A DNA stretch of 58,186 nt, counting the filler, from Bipalium vagum (Eukaryota): assembly GCA_037834085.1 (NCBI GenBank). It is 3 parts of 3 records of this genome, joined end to end, with 100 filler letters (N's around TTAATTAATTAA, not from the genome) between each part and the next. Parts side by side here need not be neighbours in the genome. Positions count along the whole stretch, not along the records: positions 1 to 15,529 come from JBBMKC010161502.1; 2 more parts are not named here. One strand, given 5' to 3'. Positions 1 through 10,883 of this stretch are shown piece after piece. Position numbers and translations under genes: made by a program. The notes beneath the pieces were generated by a model that saw nothing but the letters and a program-made list of their open reading frames with translations, made no database searches and was not told the origin of the DNA. How positions within the stretch are numbered: position 1 is the first letter of the stretch; each line of letters opens with the position of its first letter.

Positions 1-75
1 CTGTTCATATTATTTTTTAATATGAACATTTGAAAAAATTGGAACGCTCGTGTTCATATTGAACAGGGTTGACTG
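1..75. mobile_element. Terminal end of a pogo/Tc1-type MITE (cut by window start)
   Basis: Ends ...gaacagggttgactg followed by TA (76-77), i.e. a CAGTCAACCCTG-type TIR with TA target; internal tgttcatat/atatgaaca inverted motifs. Partner TIR lies outside the window. Confidence 0.45.
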
Positions 76-2148
76 TACTAGAAAAGGAATGCCTGTAAAT
101 TTTATAAGTTATGAAAAAGAAACAGATAAGTGGTTTACGATGAGGATTTTGTAGTCAGAATGCAACAGAAGATCGCTAACAATACCAGATATATCCAGTG
201 TGATGAAAATGTTAAAATTATTTATTGGATGTAAAGTTAAATTATATATTGAATAAATCCTTATACTGGCATCAAGGTGGATATGAAGAAAAAAGATATT
301 TTAAAAAAATATTGGGGATTTCTTTGACTCAAGTTTTATAATTCTGACTGATTACACCATTTCGGATTTACAAAACTTGTGTTAAGTTTCAACTAAAAAA
401 GACAATATGATATGAAAATGATTATTAATATTTAATCGGGTTGAGAATATCGATAGTGGACTTTTTAGGAACTTACTTACTTTATGTAAATTCAGAAGGA
501 TTTAGTGCGCTTACGTTCAAAGTTAAAATTTGAGCGACAATAAAAATGTTGATTACGAAAAGTTGAACTTTTTAACAAATACTGATTGCAAAACTTTTTA
601 ACTTTTAAAATGATAAACGATAAACTTTTAATCGATCAACTGAGCTAACAAGTTGTTTTATAAAATATATTTTATATAAATCTAACAACTTTATTTTTTA
701 ATACAGTTTTCCTTAGGAGTTAGAACCCGACATAAGGAGTTAAAAGAAAGTCAGATCACCCTTCGGTATCTTACTCTCAAGGACCCTCAGTTAAAAATTT
801 GGTTCTCCGGCCTACTAGACATGAAGAACGCAAAAAAGAAAATACTGAGAAGTAAGAAAAAAGATAACAATTATTTGATCCTAAGGTATTGGAGTAGCTG
901 TCCAATACTTAGTATTTATTTAATTTAATTAATAACTTATAATTGGTAATCGAATTGTAGTTTTTTAACTTTGTTTTTAATTACTATTTTTTATTTTGAT
1001 ATCGGTTCACCTGTGAGTAGTGTGAAATATATATATATATATACATTCATTTATAAAAAATTACTTAGTGAAAATAAATCTTGAGAGAAGTAAAAGCTAT
1101 TTTATTTCGAAGTACAAAAAGTAGCCAAAGATTTTGATTTTCCCTGGCAAAGATAAACAATAATAAAAAATAATTCACATACATCTTATATTTGTAATTA
1201 TTAATTAAGACTTCTACTCCCACGTCTTCTCTTGTTCTTCCTTCTCTATACTGATATACTTATAATATTATCTTCATTCATATTATCTATCAGTACTATA
1301 ATAGATAATGGTTGGGGTACATAATTGATTTGCTTTCTCTTTTTATCTCCCAGTGATTTTTGTTCAAATACTGGGGTTATATATGTGCTTTGAACCAGTT
1401 ATAGTTTTCACCATTTAAGGGAACCTATAACTGATTGTTATTTCATATAAGACATTGCCTATTTTCTTTATCGACTTATCATTTTATGAATGATGTACCT
1501 ATTGTTTGACTACTTTTATTTTAATTGGAATGCTGTGATTGTCTTCGTATGTTTGTGAAGATATATCTTTTCTTTTATTTCTAAAAAACCAATTAAAGTG
1601 AGTCAAGTAAGTCTTAACCAATGCAGTTGATGACCAAGGAACTAAGTCGAATTTCAGGGAAATTACTAATTACACATATGGGATAACATATGGTCGAAAC
1701 CCATTGGGATAAATAATTAGTATCGGAATCTGATGATATCTCAATGTTGGCCTGGACCAAGGATTGACCAGGGAACTAAATGGATTTCTCATTCACACAC
1801 AGAAAATGTCTTTATTGTTGATGATCCCCTATGGTTGATCTCCATAGGATATAAATCCTGTTGTCATTTCCAAAGATATCCCTGAATTAGCCTGGGGTGG
1901 TTTAAAAACAACCAAAAACAGATGACAAATAACTCAAAGATGTAGTCAATATATCAGAAACTAGTCAAATTTTGATGTACAATATTTTGTAATATTAAAT
2001 AAATCGTTGTAAAATAAAAAAGTAAACTAAAAATAATCATTATATTCCATAGTACATATTTTAAGACTTTTTTGATTATTAATTATGTACAACCAACAAT
2101 GTTAATAAATAATATTTTATTATAAAATTTTGAAAAGATTTATTATTT

Positions 2149-3594
2149 TCACGATACTTTTTGACTCATTCTTAACTTTGTCTTTTGATGTTGTGCTTTT
2201 CTTAATTTTTGTGTTCTTAATTTTGTTAATTCCATAACTGATAACAAATTTGGAATAACGATAGTTTTCCTATAATGTTGCGGTAATATTTCATGATCAT
2301 GAACAGTATCTTGTGTAAAAAATTCAGAATTCTGCACGGACAATTTCCTGTCAATGGGGCTTTTATCGTGAGAACCGCTGCTCAATGTCGGAGATTTGGA
2401 CATTGAAGACATTAACGATACCGAATCATGGGATTCTTTGTCACGCTTCTTGTCTAAATCCAGCCAGCTTTTCCACAAGGTTATGTCATCATTTTGCTTT
2501 CTTTCAATATTTGACTCTTCGCCTTTAGTCTGAATGACTCTAAACATCATGTCTACGGTATCTAGAACAGGCTTAGTGATAAATGGCAGTTTTCTAACTG
2601 AGCATTGTTTGATAAACGCACTGATTTCAGATGCCATATTACGTATCCTGGAATTTTTATCTATAGATAATTTTATTAATTCGTTATGAATTTTTGGTGG
2701 TAGATCAATCCATTCTTTATCCAATTTACACTTTTCTTTATCAATCGACAATATTATCACCTTAAGCATCGATGTCAGACAATATCTGGCGACTTCTTTA
2801 GTATTAATCAAATACGACAACAAAAACATGATACTGTTGGGTACTAAAACGCAGTCCATACAGAATCCAATCGTAAAATATGCAATGGATAACGTTTTAT
2901 TCAAGCAATTATTGTTTTTGAATGAAAACAATGGAAAATGAAATGATTGTTCATTATCTTGATCGTATGAAATAGATGTCGTTTCTCTGAGCTTTTCATT
3001 TCGAGCATCAACGTAAGCTTGAGTGACAGAACAACCTTCTGTTATTAGAATCAACAGAAAATTAAGAACTATTTTGAAATATTCAACAAAAACGAAATTA
3101 AATCTATAAACAATCATCGCCAAAGTGTAACACGACTCTTCGATCTGGACAGTTGAGTGAATCGTAAATTTTATATTTGTTAAATTATTTATTAAAATCT
3201 TGTAATTCTTTTTCATCCATTCAGAGCTACGCCTCATTTGTTCATCGTCAAGGTAAAAAATAATTTGTCTCAACTCCTCACAGGAATCACTGAATAATTT
3301 AGTCTCGGTCAGATTTTCTAATTTATCAGACAATAAATGGTTCAAATCTTTCTCGGATTTTGATTTAAACTTATATTGACTTGTTCGATTTAGACGACCG
3401 ACAAATTCTTTCTTTGGAATTCCGTTCAATGTTAAAATATTTCCCAAAATGGAACCAATTTCAATAACTTGATTCTCTACTATCACTTGCTTATCAATTT
3501 CCCTTTCACAATCTTTAATGATGTCTTTTGGGAAACTATTTAGCTTTTGGGTTAACTTTAAAAGGTTAGGAGATGTAACATTAGAAGAAAACAT
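2149..3594 (-). CDS. Intronless 481-aa protein with a divergent HEAT/TOG (CLASP N-terminal-like) domain and Ser/Lys-rich tail
   Basis: Uninterrupted 1446-nt ATG..TGA ORF in very AT-rich DNA. Segments HSTVQIEESCYTLAMIVYRF..FKIVLNFLLILI, NTKEVARYCL and LIKLSIDKNSRIRNMA resemble by eye the CLASP TOG2 helices (LRSQVVREAC..., GIHDADSEAR). Coding status strong, family call tentative. Confidence 0.7.
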   Translation of the reverse strand: MFSSNVTSPNLLKLTQKLNSFPKDIIKDCEREIDKQVIVENQVIEIGSILGNILTLNGIPKKEFVGRLNRTSQYKFKSKSEKDLNHLLSDKLENLTETKLFSDSCEELRQIIFYLDDEQMRRSSEWMKKNYKILINNLTNIKFTIHSTVQIEESCYTLAMIVYRFNFVFVEYFKIVLNFLLILITEGCSVTQAYVDARNEKLRETTSISYDQDNEQSFHFPLFSFKNNNCLNKTLSIAYFTIGFCMDCVLVPNSIMFLLSYLINTKEVARYCLTSMLKVIILSIDKEKCKLDKEWIDLPPKIHNELIKLSIDKNSRIRNMASEISAFIKQCSVRKLPFITKPVLDTVDMMFRVIQTKGEESNIERKQNDDITLWKSWLDLDKKRDKESHDSVSLMSSMSKSPTLSSGSHDKSPIDRKLSVQNSEFFTQDTVHDHEILPQHYRKTIVIPNLLSVMELTKLRTQKLRKAQHQKTKLRMSQKVS

Positions 3595-3851
3595 GATATA
3601 ATTTTAAAAATAAATATCTAATAATTAAATTTAAATTATTGATTTTATATTTGTCAATAAAATTAAATAAGTCGTTAATTTATTTTTAATTAATTTATTA
3701 GTAGAAAATTTTTAAATTTATTTTCCTAGAAAAAATTTCAAATTAATAAATAAGAACAGAAAGGGGAAAAATTAAAAATCATTCTATTCAAAGCTTTCTA
3801 TGTATAATTCTTTTTTAAAATTTTTTTGAGTTTTCCCTAATTTTATTTTGG

Positions 3852-4654
3852 TGTGGAGATAAAGTTGGGATTTATGGGCTATTGAAGGAAATATCCGTCT
3901 CGAGAATAGGGATTGGTGATCGTAGACCAATCTCTAAGACTATATAAAGAGACAGCTATTCCCAGAAATTTATCCAAAAAAGAGATTAGATTATTTAATA
4001 TTTTTTGGATTTTTGGTTTAAAGAATCTCTTTTTGTATTTTTGGATAGGAGAATAATATTTTTGGATTTTTGAACTGAAGACTTATAAGATTTGAGAACC
4101 ATTGGAAACCGGAAAATTTCTGCGACAGACGAATTCAAGGATCTCAGTAATTTTATTTTTTTCCATGATCAGGAATTTGCAAGAGGATTGTACAATAGGA
4201 CCCAACTAGTTTGGGAATCCCTAAGCGACCTGAAAAGGACCTAGTGGAAGACCCGGGGACCACTTGTGGCTCCTGGTGAGGTTATTTGTTTATTGTTTTT
4301 TGTGTTTTCTTCTGCGATAATTAATTGAAAGTTATAATATTTTTCTTTAATTGTAAATTGTCTTTGGTAATTATTTCGATTGGTAAAAATTAATATTTTA
4401 GTTTTGAATTTTTATTCGATGACATTTTTTATTTTATTCATTTGTGATATTTTGCGGATGGTGAAACATTTTGGTGATGTGCTTATTAGACATTTGACTT
4501 ATACTGATTCTATGGCTGATTGAGATTTCTGTGTAAATGCGCAGTTTTGCGAATCAATAAAGTTTTATTGTGATTGTCTTTGATTCAATTAGAGATTGGA
4601 TAACTTTTTTGGGGAAATTTTGATTCAAATTGAGAATAACTTTGTGCAGCTACA
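3852..4654 (+). mobile_element. Possible solo LTR (~800 bp)
   Basis: Begins TGTGG, ends CTACA; TATATAAA near 3941, AATAAA near 4556, GC hairpin near 4252-4276; 3' part resembles 32640-32680. No target-site duplication found. Confidence 0.35.
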
Positions 4655-5489
4655 ATATGAAAACAAACACAACATTGTTAAATGAGGAATTATTGATTAC
4701 GATCAAAATTTACTTTTATAGGGTATAATAGTAACATATGTGACTAAAAAAAATTAAGCCTGTTAATATAAATTATGGCTCTTAAAAAAAAGTACGATCA
4801 TACTGACAAACTGTTTTGGTTGTACCCAAACAATCAAATAATTATCAGTTTTATAATATTGTATTTATAATGTACACTCATGATCCGAATAACCCACACG
4901 TGGATTATGATGGTATAGGAGGTGTATGTGAGCTGACTATAAGGGTCACGATCTTGGAGCTTCCTTTCAAAGCTGATGGCCGATTTGGAATGGCGTTTTC
5001 GGAGTATAGCTCATTTAAGAACAAGCCCGCTTAACGCAGAGATGTTTTGGAATTAACAGAAGACTGTGTTGCACTGGAACTCTTTAAATAATTATATATA
5101 TATATATATATATTAATATTTACGATTAATGTATTATATAAATTCTTATTTTTCTATAAATGTTATAAGTTTTTTAAAGTAATTCTTTATACATTTATAA
5201 TAATAAATTTAAAATTTTTTTCATAGAAAATTGTGAAGAGTTTTATATAAAATATAGTAAAAAATAAAAAATTATATTCAAAGAAAAGAGAAATCAAGCA
5301 GTACCAATATAATTTGCAATTATTAGAAATGAAAAGGATATCCTGAAAGAAGACTCTTTATGAAACTAGCAAAAATTCAAACAAAAGATTCTCTTAAAAA
5401 ACTCAATATCAAAGGGCGCTTGAAAATATAAGCTTCCAATACAATCTAGGTTGATTTCAGCATTAAACAGATTAATGGTTAATAATAAT

Positions 5490-5600
5490 TTTCAGGAAGC
5501 TGATGAATTTCTCGGTAAAAGAAATCGACATCTTTGATGGCTGTCCAATCAGTAATCCATTTTCAGCTTCCTCGAAGGATTGGATATACAACGGTGCTCA
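5490..5600 (-). mobile_element. Mariner transposase C-terminal relic
   Basis: Minus strand reads SFEEA/KWITDWTAIKDVDFFYREIHQLPE (one frameshift), matching the mariner C-terminus. Confidence 0.65.
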
Positions 5601-5883
5601 ATAAAATAATAGTGTTAATATAAAAGTTATTAAAAAAAACTTATGACAACAATAATTTTGGTAAATATGTTTTAAAGCATTTGATTAATGATAAAAACAT
5701 AAATTAATCATTTTAACTTATAATATCACTATAAAAAATCTTTTGGAATGAAATAGAGAGATTTCAATATGTTCAATAAATAGTAGTAATTTGATTTTTT
5801 GAATAATTATATTAATTACATAATTACATAACATAAGTACATTAATAGGTTCTTTTTTGGTATAGGAACGTACTTACTGACAG

Positions 5884-6517
5884 CCTATTGGACGACTATT
5901 TATAGATGTGAAATTTTGCATTGTTTGGTACCAGTGCGAAAAGATCAACGAGAAAGAATACCTGAAACGTCAAAATAAAGTATTTGTTATCATATGTAAA
6001 ATAGTGAACTACTTTATTCATTTTTGTTGTTGAGGATAATTAGCAATGGATAACGGGATTAACCAAAAAAATTACAAGACCAGCAAGAATTTTAAAAATA
6101 ATTATTCGATTATTTAACATGTTCGCGATCATTTTTCTTTTATTCATGAAGTAATCTTTATATGACGGTTGAATATTTGAAAAAATTGTAAGCAGTCATC
6201 CTTTCAATTTTTACTAGAAATCAAACCAAAAGCTATGTTACTTTCATAATCAATTTAAAATTCTTTCCATTTTTGAGGTTAAATTTTAGTAAATATTTTT
6301 CAAACAGAAATTTGAAATAAAATATGCTGATTTATTGATTTGACTTCACGATCCGTTCTTCAGCAAGACATGGATTGATGTGTCTGGCTACCGCGGCTGC
6401 GTTCTGTGACTTGTGCATTGGTTGATTTCTCATCTGTATGATTGAAATCAAAAAGTTTTCTTGAAATTTCAGAACCAGCGTCTAAAATGTCACATCTATA
6501 AATAGTTGTCCAATAGG
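5884..6517. mobile_element. Non-autonomous TIR element (634 bp)
   Basis: 28-bp inverted termini cctattggacgactatttatagatgtga (5884-5911) and tcacatctataaatagttgtccaatagg (6490-6517), 1 mismatch; no ORF, no clear TSD. Confidence 0.65.
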
Positions 6518-6519
6518 AA

Positions 6520-6823
6520 CGCAATTTAAAAGCAAGAAGTTCTAGAAGAGTGCCTTTGTTATAGATAAGACATGTTCAAAAAAGATTACAGTTCTCAAAA
6601 GACCATGTTGAATGGCCCTTAACTAAGTGGTCAGGAAACAAACAAAATTTTTTGTATGTTTCCTCTGATTCAAGTACAAAGACTACCTAAAGCAGAATTC
6701 TAGCCAAAATACACTTTGGATAAGACTGTTAAGTGTTGAGGTGACAAAATCAACATATGGGGTTGATCCAATATTTAGGACCATAATATCTATGTAGATA
6801 TCCTCCAAAACATTATGTTACTC
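6520..6823 (+). mobile_element. Tc1-family transposase relic, 5' portion
   Basis: Fragments LKARSSRRVPLL*IRHVQKRLQFSKDHVEWPLTKW, KTVKC*GDKINIWG and YVDILQNIML match Tc1 motifs (RKKPLL..H.K.RL.FA, TVKHGGG.IMVWG, Y..IL). Confidence 0.7.
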
Positions 6824-6918
6824 CAGTACAAAGCTGCTTTTAGCCAACTGCCCTATCTTGTAATAATTGTTTCTGGTGGATATCCAATACTTGCAAAATC
6901 ATTCAATCTCGTTTTTTT
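6729..6918 (+). repeat. 190-bp direct repeat, copy 1
   Basis: Near-identical to 7754-7943 (offset 1025 bp; 3 substitutions). Confidence 0.95.
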
Positions 6919-8006
6919 TTCCAACGTTGCGCTTCTAACTTTTGCGATCAAATAATCCACATTTTCGTAAAACGATCTAATTCGCATAGTACAATTATAG
7001 GTTAAGTGCGCTATACAAGTTACATGGAAAAGTTTTGGATAAAGTACATGTAATGTTTCATTTGCACCAGTCATGTACAGAGCTGCATCACTTATTAATA
7101 ACATAAAATTTCCTCTATTAATTTCTAAAAGATTAATATTATCTTCAATGATATGTATCATAATTTGAGTATTATGTGCTATTGAAAGAGGGATGGAATC
7201 AACCAAATAAGATTTTTCAGGCATGTCCAAACACCCACTAGAACATTAACAATTTTTTTACTTGATAAATCGGTTTCATCAATAATCATGAAAACTTCCT
7301 TGTCTTCAACTAAATTCTTCATTTTTATCATTTCTTCATCATATAGTTCAGGAATAATAGTTCTACACCATTGCTCACTTGGAATTGATTTTCAAATTGA
7401 AATGAATAGGTTTCGAATGCTTTCATGCCTAATTTCCACAGTGGAATATCTGCATAAACGAAAGCCCGCACGATTTCTTTTTTAAATTTGTTTTTTGGGA
7501 TTTGCAAAAATTGTTGAATTGTAGCTTTTGATGTTGATTTCATTGCATTTTTCTGCTTTGCCGAATTCTGATGACTTTCAATGAAAAATAACTTCGAATG
7601 TGAAACAATCGTTTCACATAATTTACAATATATTTTATTTTCATCAGTTTTCGTGAATTCTGAGCTGAATTTTCTAACAATTTCCTGTACTTTCATAAAA
7701 TCTGATTTAGCATTTTTAGGCATTTTTTAAAGTTAAAATATTTTGTGATATTATTAAGTGTTGAGGTGACAAAATCAACATATGGGGTTGATCCAATATT
7801 TAGGACCATAATATCTATGTAGATATCCTCCAAAACATTATGTTACTCCAGTACAAAGCTGCTTTTAGCCAACTGCCCCATCTTGTAATAATTGTTTCTA
7901 ATGGATATCCAATACTTGCAAAATCATTCAATCTCGTTTTTTTAATTATATTATTAAAACAATAATTTTGATTTTATATTGACTTTATTGACTTTTGGAG
8001 GCCCTA
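6824..8006 (-). mobile_element. hAT-superfamily (CGGBP1/DUF659-like) transposon, 5' part, pseudogenised and 3'-truncated
   Basis: 5' TIR TAGGGCCTCC at 8006-7997; ATG at 7723 with Zn-finger-like CKLC..SHQNS; IIDETD, SDAALYM, HVTCIAH (CxxH) and ITR(W)GSWL motifs across frameshifted ORFs 7328-7723 and 6853-7230. Confidence 0.75.
7754..7943 (+). repeat. 190-bp direct repeat, copy 2
   Basis: Near-identical to 6729-6918. Confidence 0.95.
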
Positions 8007-8009
8007 GTC

Positions 8010-8120
8010 ATCACCAAAATGCTTGATACGATTGATCCCCTACAAAATGTACGAACTTGATTGGCTCAATGCAACGGTGTATCGTAGTTATCAATTTTAA
8101 AATAAGGTTTTACTGAATGT
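8010..8120 (+). mobile_element. Tc1-family transposase relic, 3' portion
   Basis: Reads SPTKCTNLIGSMQRCIVVI, matching the Tc1 C-terminal C..LI.SM.RRC.AVI motif; same strand as the 6520-6823 piece. Confidence 0.55.
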
Positions 8121-9874
8121 TAAAAATGCAATTCATTTATCGTTGAACTAGACACCTTTATCATTGGCTGTTTATGATCATGGGCAAAGAGGAAAAACAC
8201 AGTACTATGAAAACTGGAGCTGAAGAAGAAAATTATCAATACAATTTTCTTGTTCTGTGTCTCTTCAAATATTAAATGAAGCACCGCACAATCTGGATAG
8301 GTCAATGTCAAGTTTGGTTGCTTCGGGTGCCGGTAAAATAGTTGGTAACATAATGATCGACGACAATGAAGACAGCTTCCCATTGGACAACTGTGATGAA
8401 GATATTTTATGAACTATTGATTGAAACAATAATTATCTATGATACTTAACCATATTCGGTGTTATTATCTTGTTTAAAGATCTTATTTTTATTTATTTAG
8501 CATGTAAATTTGTTTTTAAATAAAATTTTATATATAGTAAATTAGGAATATTTATATTACATAAATGCTATTATAATAAATATTATTATTGCATAAATAA
8601 ATAAAATTTAATAATAAAGTAATAACGAATTTCAAATAAATTAAGTTAAAGATTATCATTTAGTTGAATTTTAAGATTAGAACATTATTATTAATAAAAC
8701 TATGCAACTATAAAGTGTTTGTGAATGGTATATTATTTTGTTAAGTTGGTTAAATTATGTATAATAAAGTATAAAGTTATGACAAAAATCATAAATGTAA
8801 TATTACCTTTTGTGTTGATGTTTCATTAAATTCTATTAAAAGGATTAAGATATAAAAATAATATAATTATTTCAGTGAATTTTAAGTTATATTTTTAGAT
8901 GTATTTTTCACGCTAATTCCCTTTGAGTTAGTGTTGACAACACAATTAAAAACCATGAGTAGATTTAATATTGTGAGAAGTTGGCAGATAAAGTGTTTTG
9001 GAGTCGCTGAATCTATTGACAATACCCATCGGTGGTATCACCGGGGTCATAGCTCTACAATACTAACCCCATGCAGAAGTATAAAGCCTTTTGATTAAAA
9101 AATTCAAATGACTTAATGATTCCAGTTATGTTCTGACTGTTAGCGGGCATAGTCCGAAAAGTATTTTGACTTGAACATTGCATACCAAAAAGACCATGAG
9201 CTCTAAAGGCACAACACTGCGATTCCGACCTCAGCTACAAGCTTGAAGTAACTAGCTGAATATTATTATCCCGTGTGTTCAATGCTCTACAAACTAAACA
9301 TTTCGGAGTCACAATAATTGCTTTGATGATAGTACCGTAACAGATTAGAAATCTCATTAATATATTACAACATCGGCCAATAAAGACAATAACAAACCAT
9401 TCACTTTAATAAATTTGTAATATTGTGGATTTAATAAATGTTAACTTATTTCTATTTAATAAGCTTAAGCTTTATTTTACACTTTAAAAATACATGTTTT
9501 ATATTTAATATGGATATTTTGAATATCTCATAGTTTTCTTTTACTGTTTTTCAAGGAAAATTGCTTTTCTATTTTAAGTTTTTGAAAACTGAAATTTTTT
9601 TAAAATGCTATATTTGAATATATAATATTTTATTTAAAAATTAGTAATAAACAGAAATAATAATTTTTTTAAAATTCAAATATTTTAAAATTATCAAAAT
9701 TTTTTAACTTTTAGCGTTGGTTCTTTTATTTTATATGTTAATTTAAATACTCAAGCAACATTTTTTATTTTATATTTATCAATTCTAATATAATATATAG
9801 TTGTTTATATTTTTTCTATTTCAAATTTTTTTCAAATTTTAATCACGCATCCACGCTTTGTTTATTTTTTTTCA

Positions 9875-10324
9875 ATGTCTTACGCAAACAGTAATAATTT
9901 GACTAATATTTCCACTGAAAATTTTGAAACTAAGAATGAGTTTGAATTGGAATTAATACAAGATGATATACACCTTGATAACATAGATTATTTCGAATCA
10001 GATGATGATTTTGAATCATATGGAGATAATTATATGGAATCTTCTTTGCAGATAAATGACAACACAAATTTTAATTTTCATAATGATGGCAGTAATTTTG
10101 ATTTTGAAATGGAGGATTGTATAAAATTTGAATTTACTGAACGAAGTGGTATTGAGAAAGACAAAGTAAAATTTAATTTACTTTTTATTTATATTGAAAA
10201 TTTTTAGTATATAAATGGCTTAAATGTTAGTCAATTATCAATTAATGCCAGTCTCTCCAGATTTGCTGCCACATATCCTATTCAGAGTAAATCACTTTCT
10301 CTAAGTTTGAGTAGTCATTATTGA
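9875..10324 (+). CDS. Acidic (D/E/N-rich) hypothetical protein, possibly two exons (9875-10165, 10208-10324); may be TE-derived
   Basis: ATG ORF with strongly acidic composition; phase-0 GTAAAA...TTTTTAG candidate intron of 42 bp (10166-10207) removes the stop and continues open for 38 codons. No recognisable domain. Confidence 0.3.
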
Positions 10325-10604
10325 TTCGGAAATAAATTTTCTAGAGATTTAGTCTTGAATATTTTAAATATTGTTATACATATAATTTGTTAAGATCTCA
10401 CACAAATTTCTCGTCAAATTTCTAAGATCTTAAATTTTAATCTTAAAATTAATTTTGTTTGGCATCTTCATTTTTGTTTAATAACAGTTTAGATATGACT
10501 AAAATATAAAATAATGGGTTATGTAATAGTTATATAGTTTTATTATTTTCAGATTATTTAATTTATTGTTTAAATATATTAAATGTGTGGTAAATTTGAA
10601 ACTA

Positions 10605-10883
10605 ATGATAAAATTATTTAAGTTATTTTTAAGAATTTCAAAAAGTAATATCAGATATTTGGTAATCAAAAAAGATTTTCCATTACCTCCAAATGATTTT
10701 GAATGTTGCGAAACGGGTTGTGTGGATTGCGTTTGGATCAAATATGCGGATCGCCTTGTTGAATATTTTGGCACAGACAACATAAATAAAGCTGAAAGCA
10801 AGCTAAATGTTTATATAGATCAATTACCAGACGAATCTCTTAAGGCTTATCTGAAATTAGAGTTTAGATTGAAATATCAATAA
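10605..10883 (+). CDS. OXLD1: Oxidoreductase-like domain-containing protein 1 (OXLD1-like), 92 aa
   Basis: Signature PLPPNDFECCETGCVDCVWIKYAD (PP..CC.SGC.NCVW..Y) and C-terminal D.SLKAYL.LE.R; first in-frame ATG at 10605 gives a basic, acid-free N-terminus (MIKLFKLFLRISKSNIRY) like a mitochondrial presequence. Confidence 0.85.
   Translation: MIKLFKLFLRISKSNIRYLVIKKDFPLPPNDFECCETGCVDCVWIKYADRLVEYFGTDNINKAESKLNVYIDQLPDESLKAYLKLEFRLKYQ

Noticed and set aside
881-912. Hairpin ctaaggtattgga-gtagctg-tccaatacttag
   Set aside because: Too short for a miRNA precursor and lies in probable TE debris.
4816-5034. 72-aa ORF with moderate GC
   Set aside because: TTG start and no recognisable family; cannot be supported as a gene.
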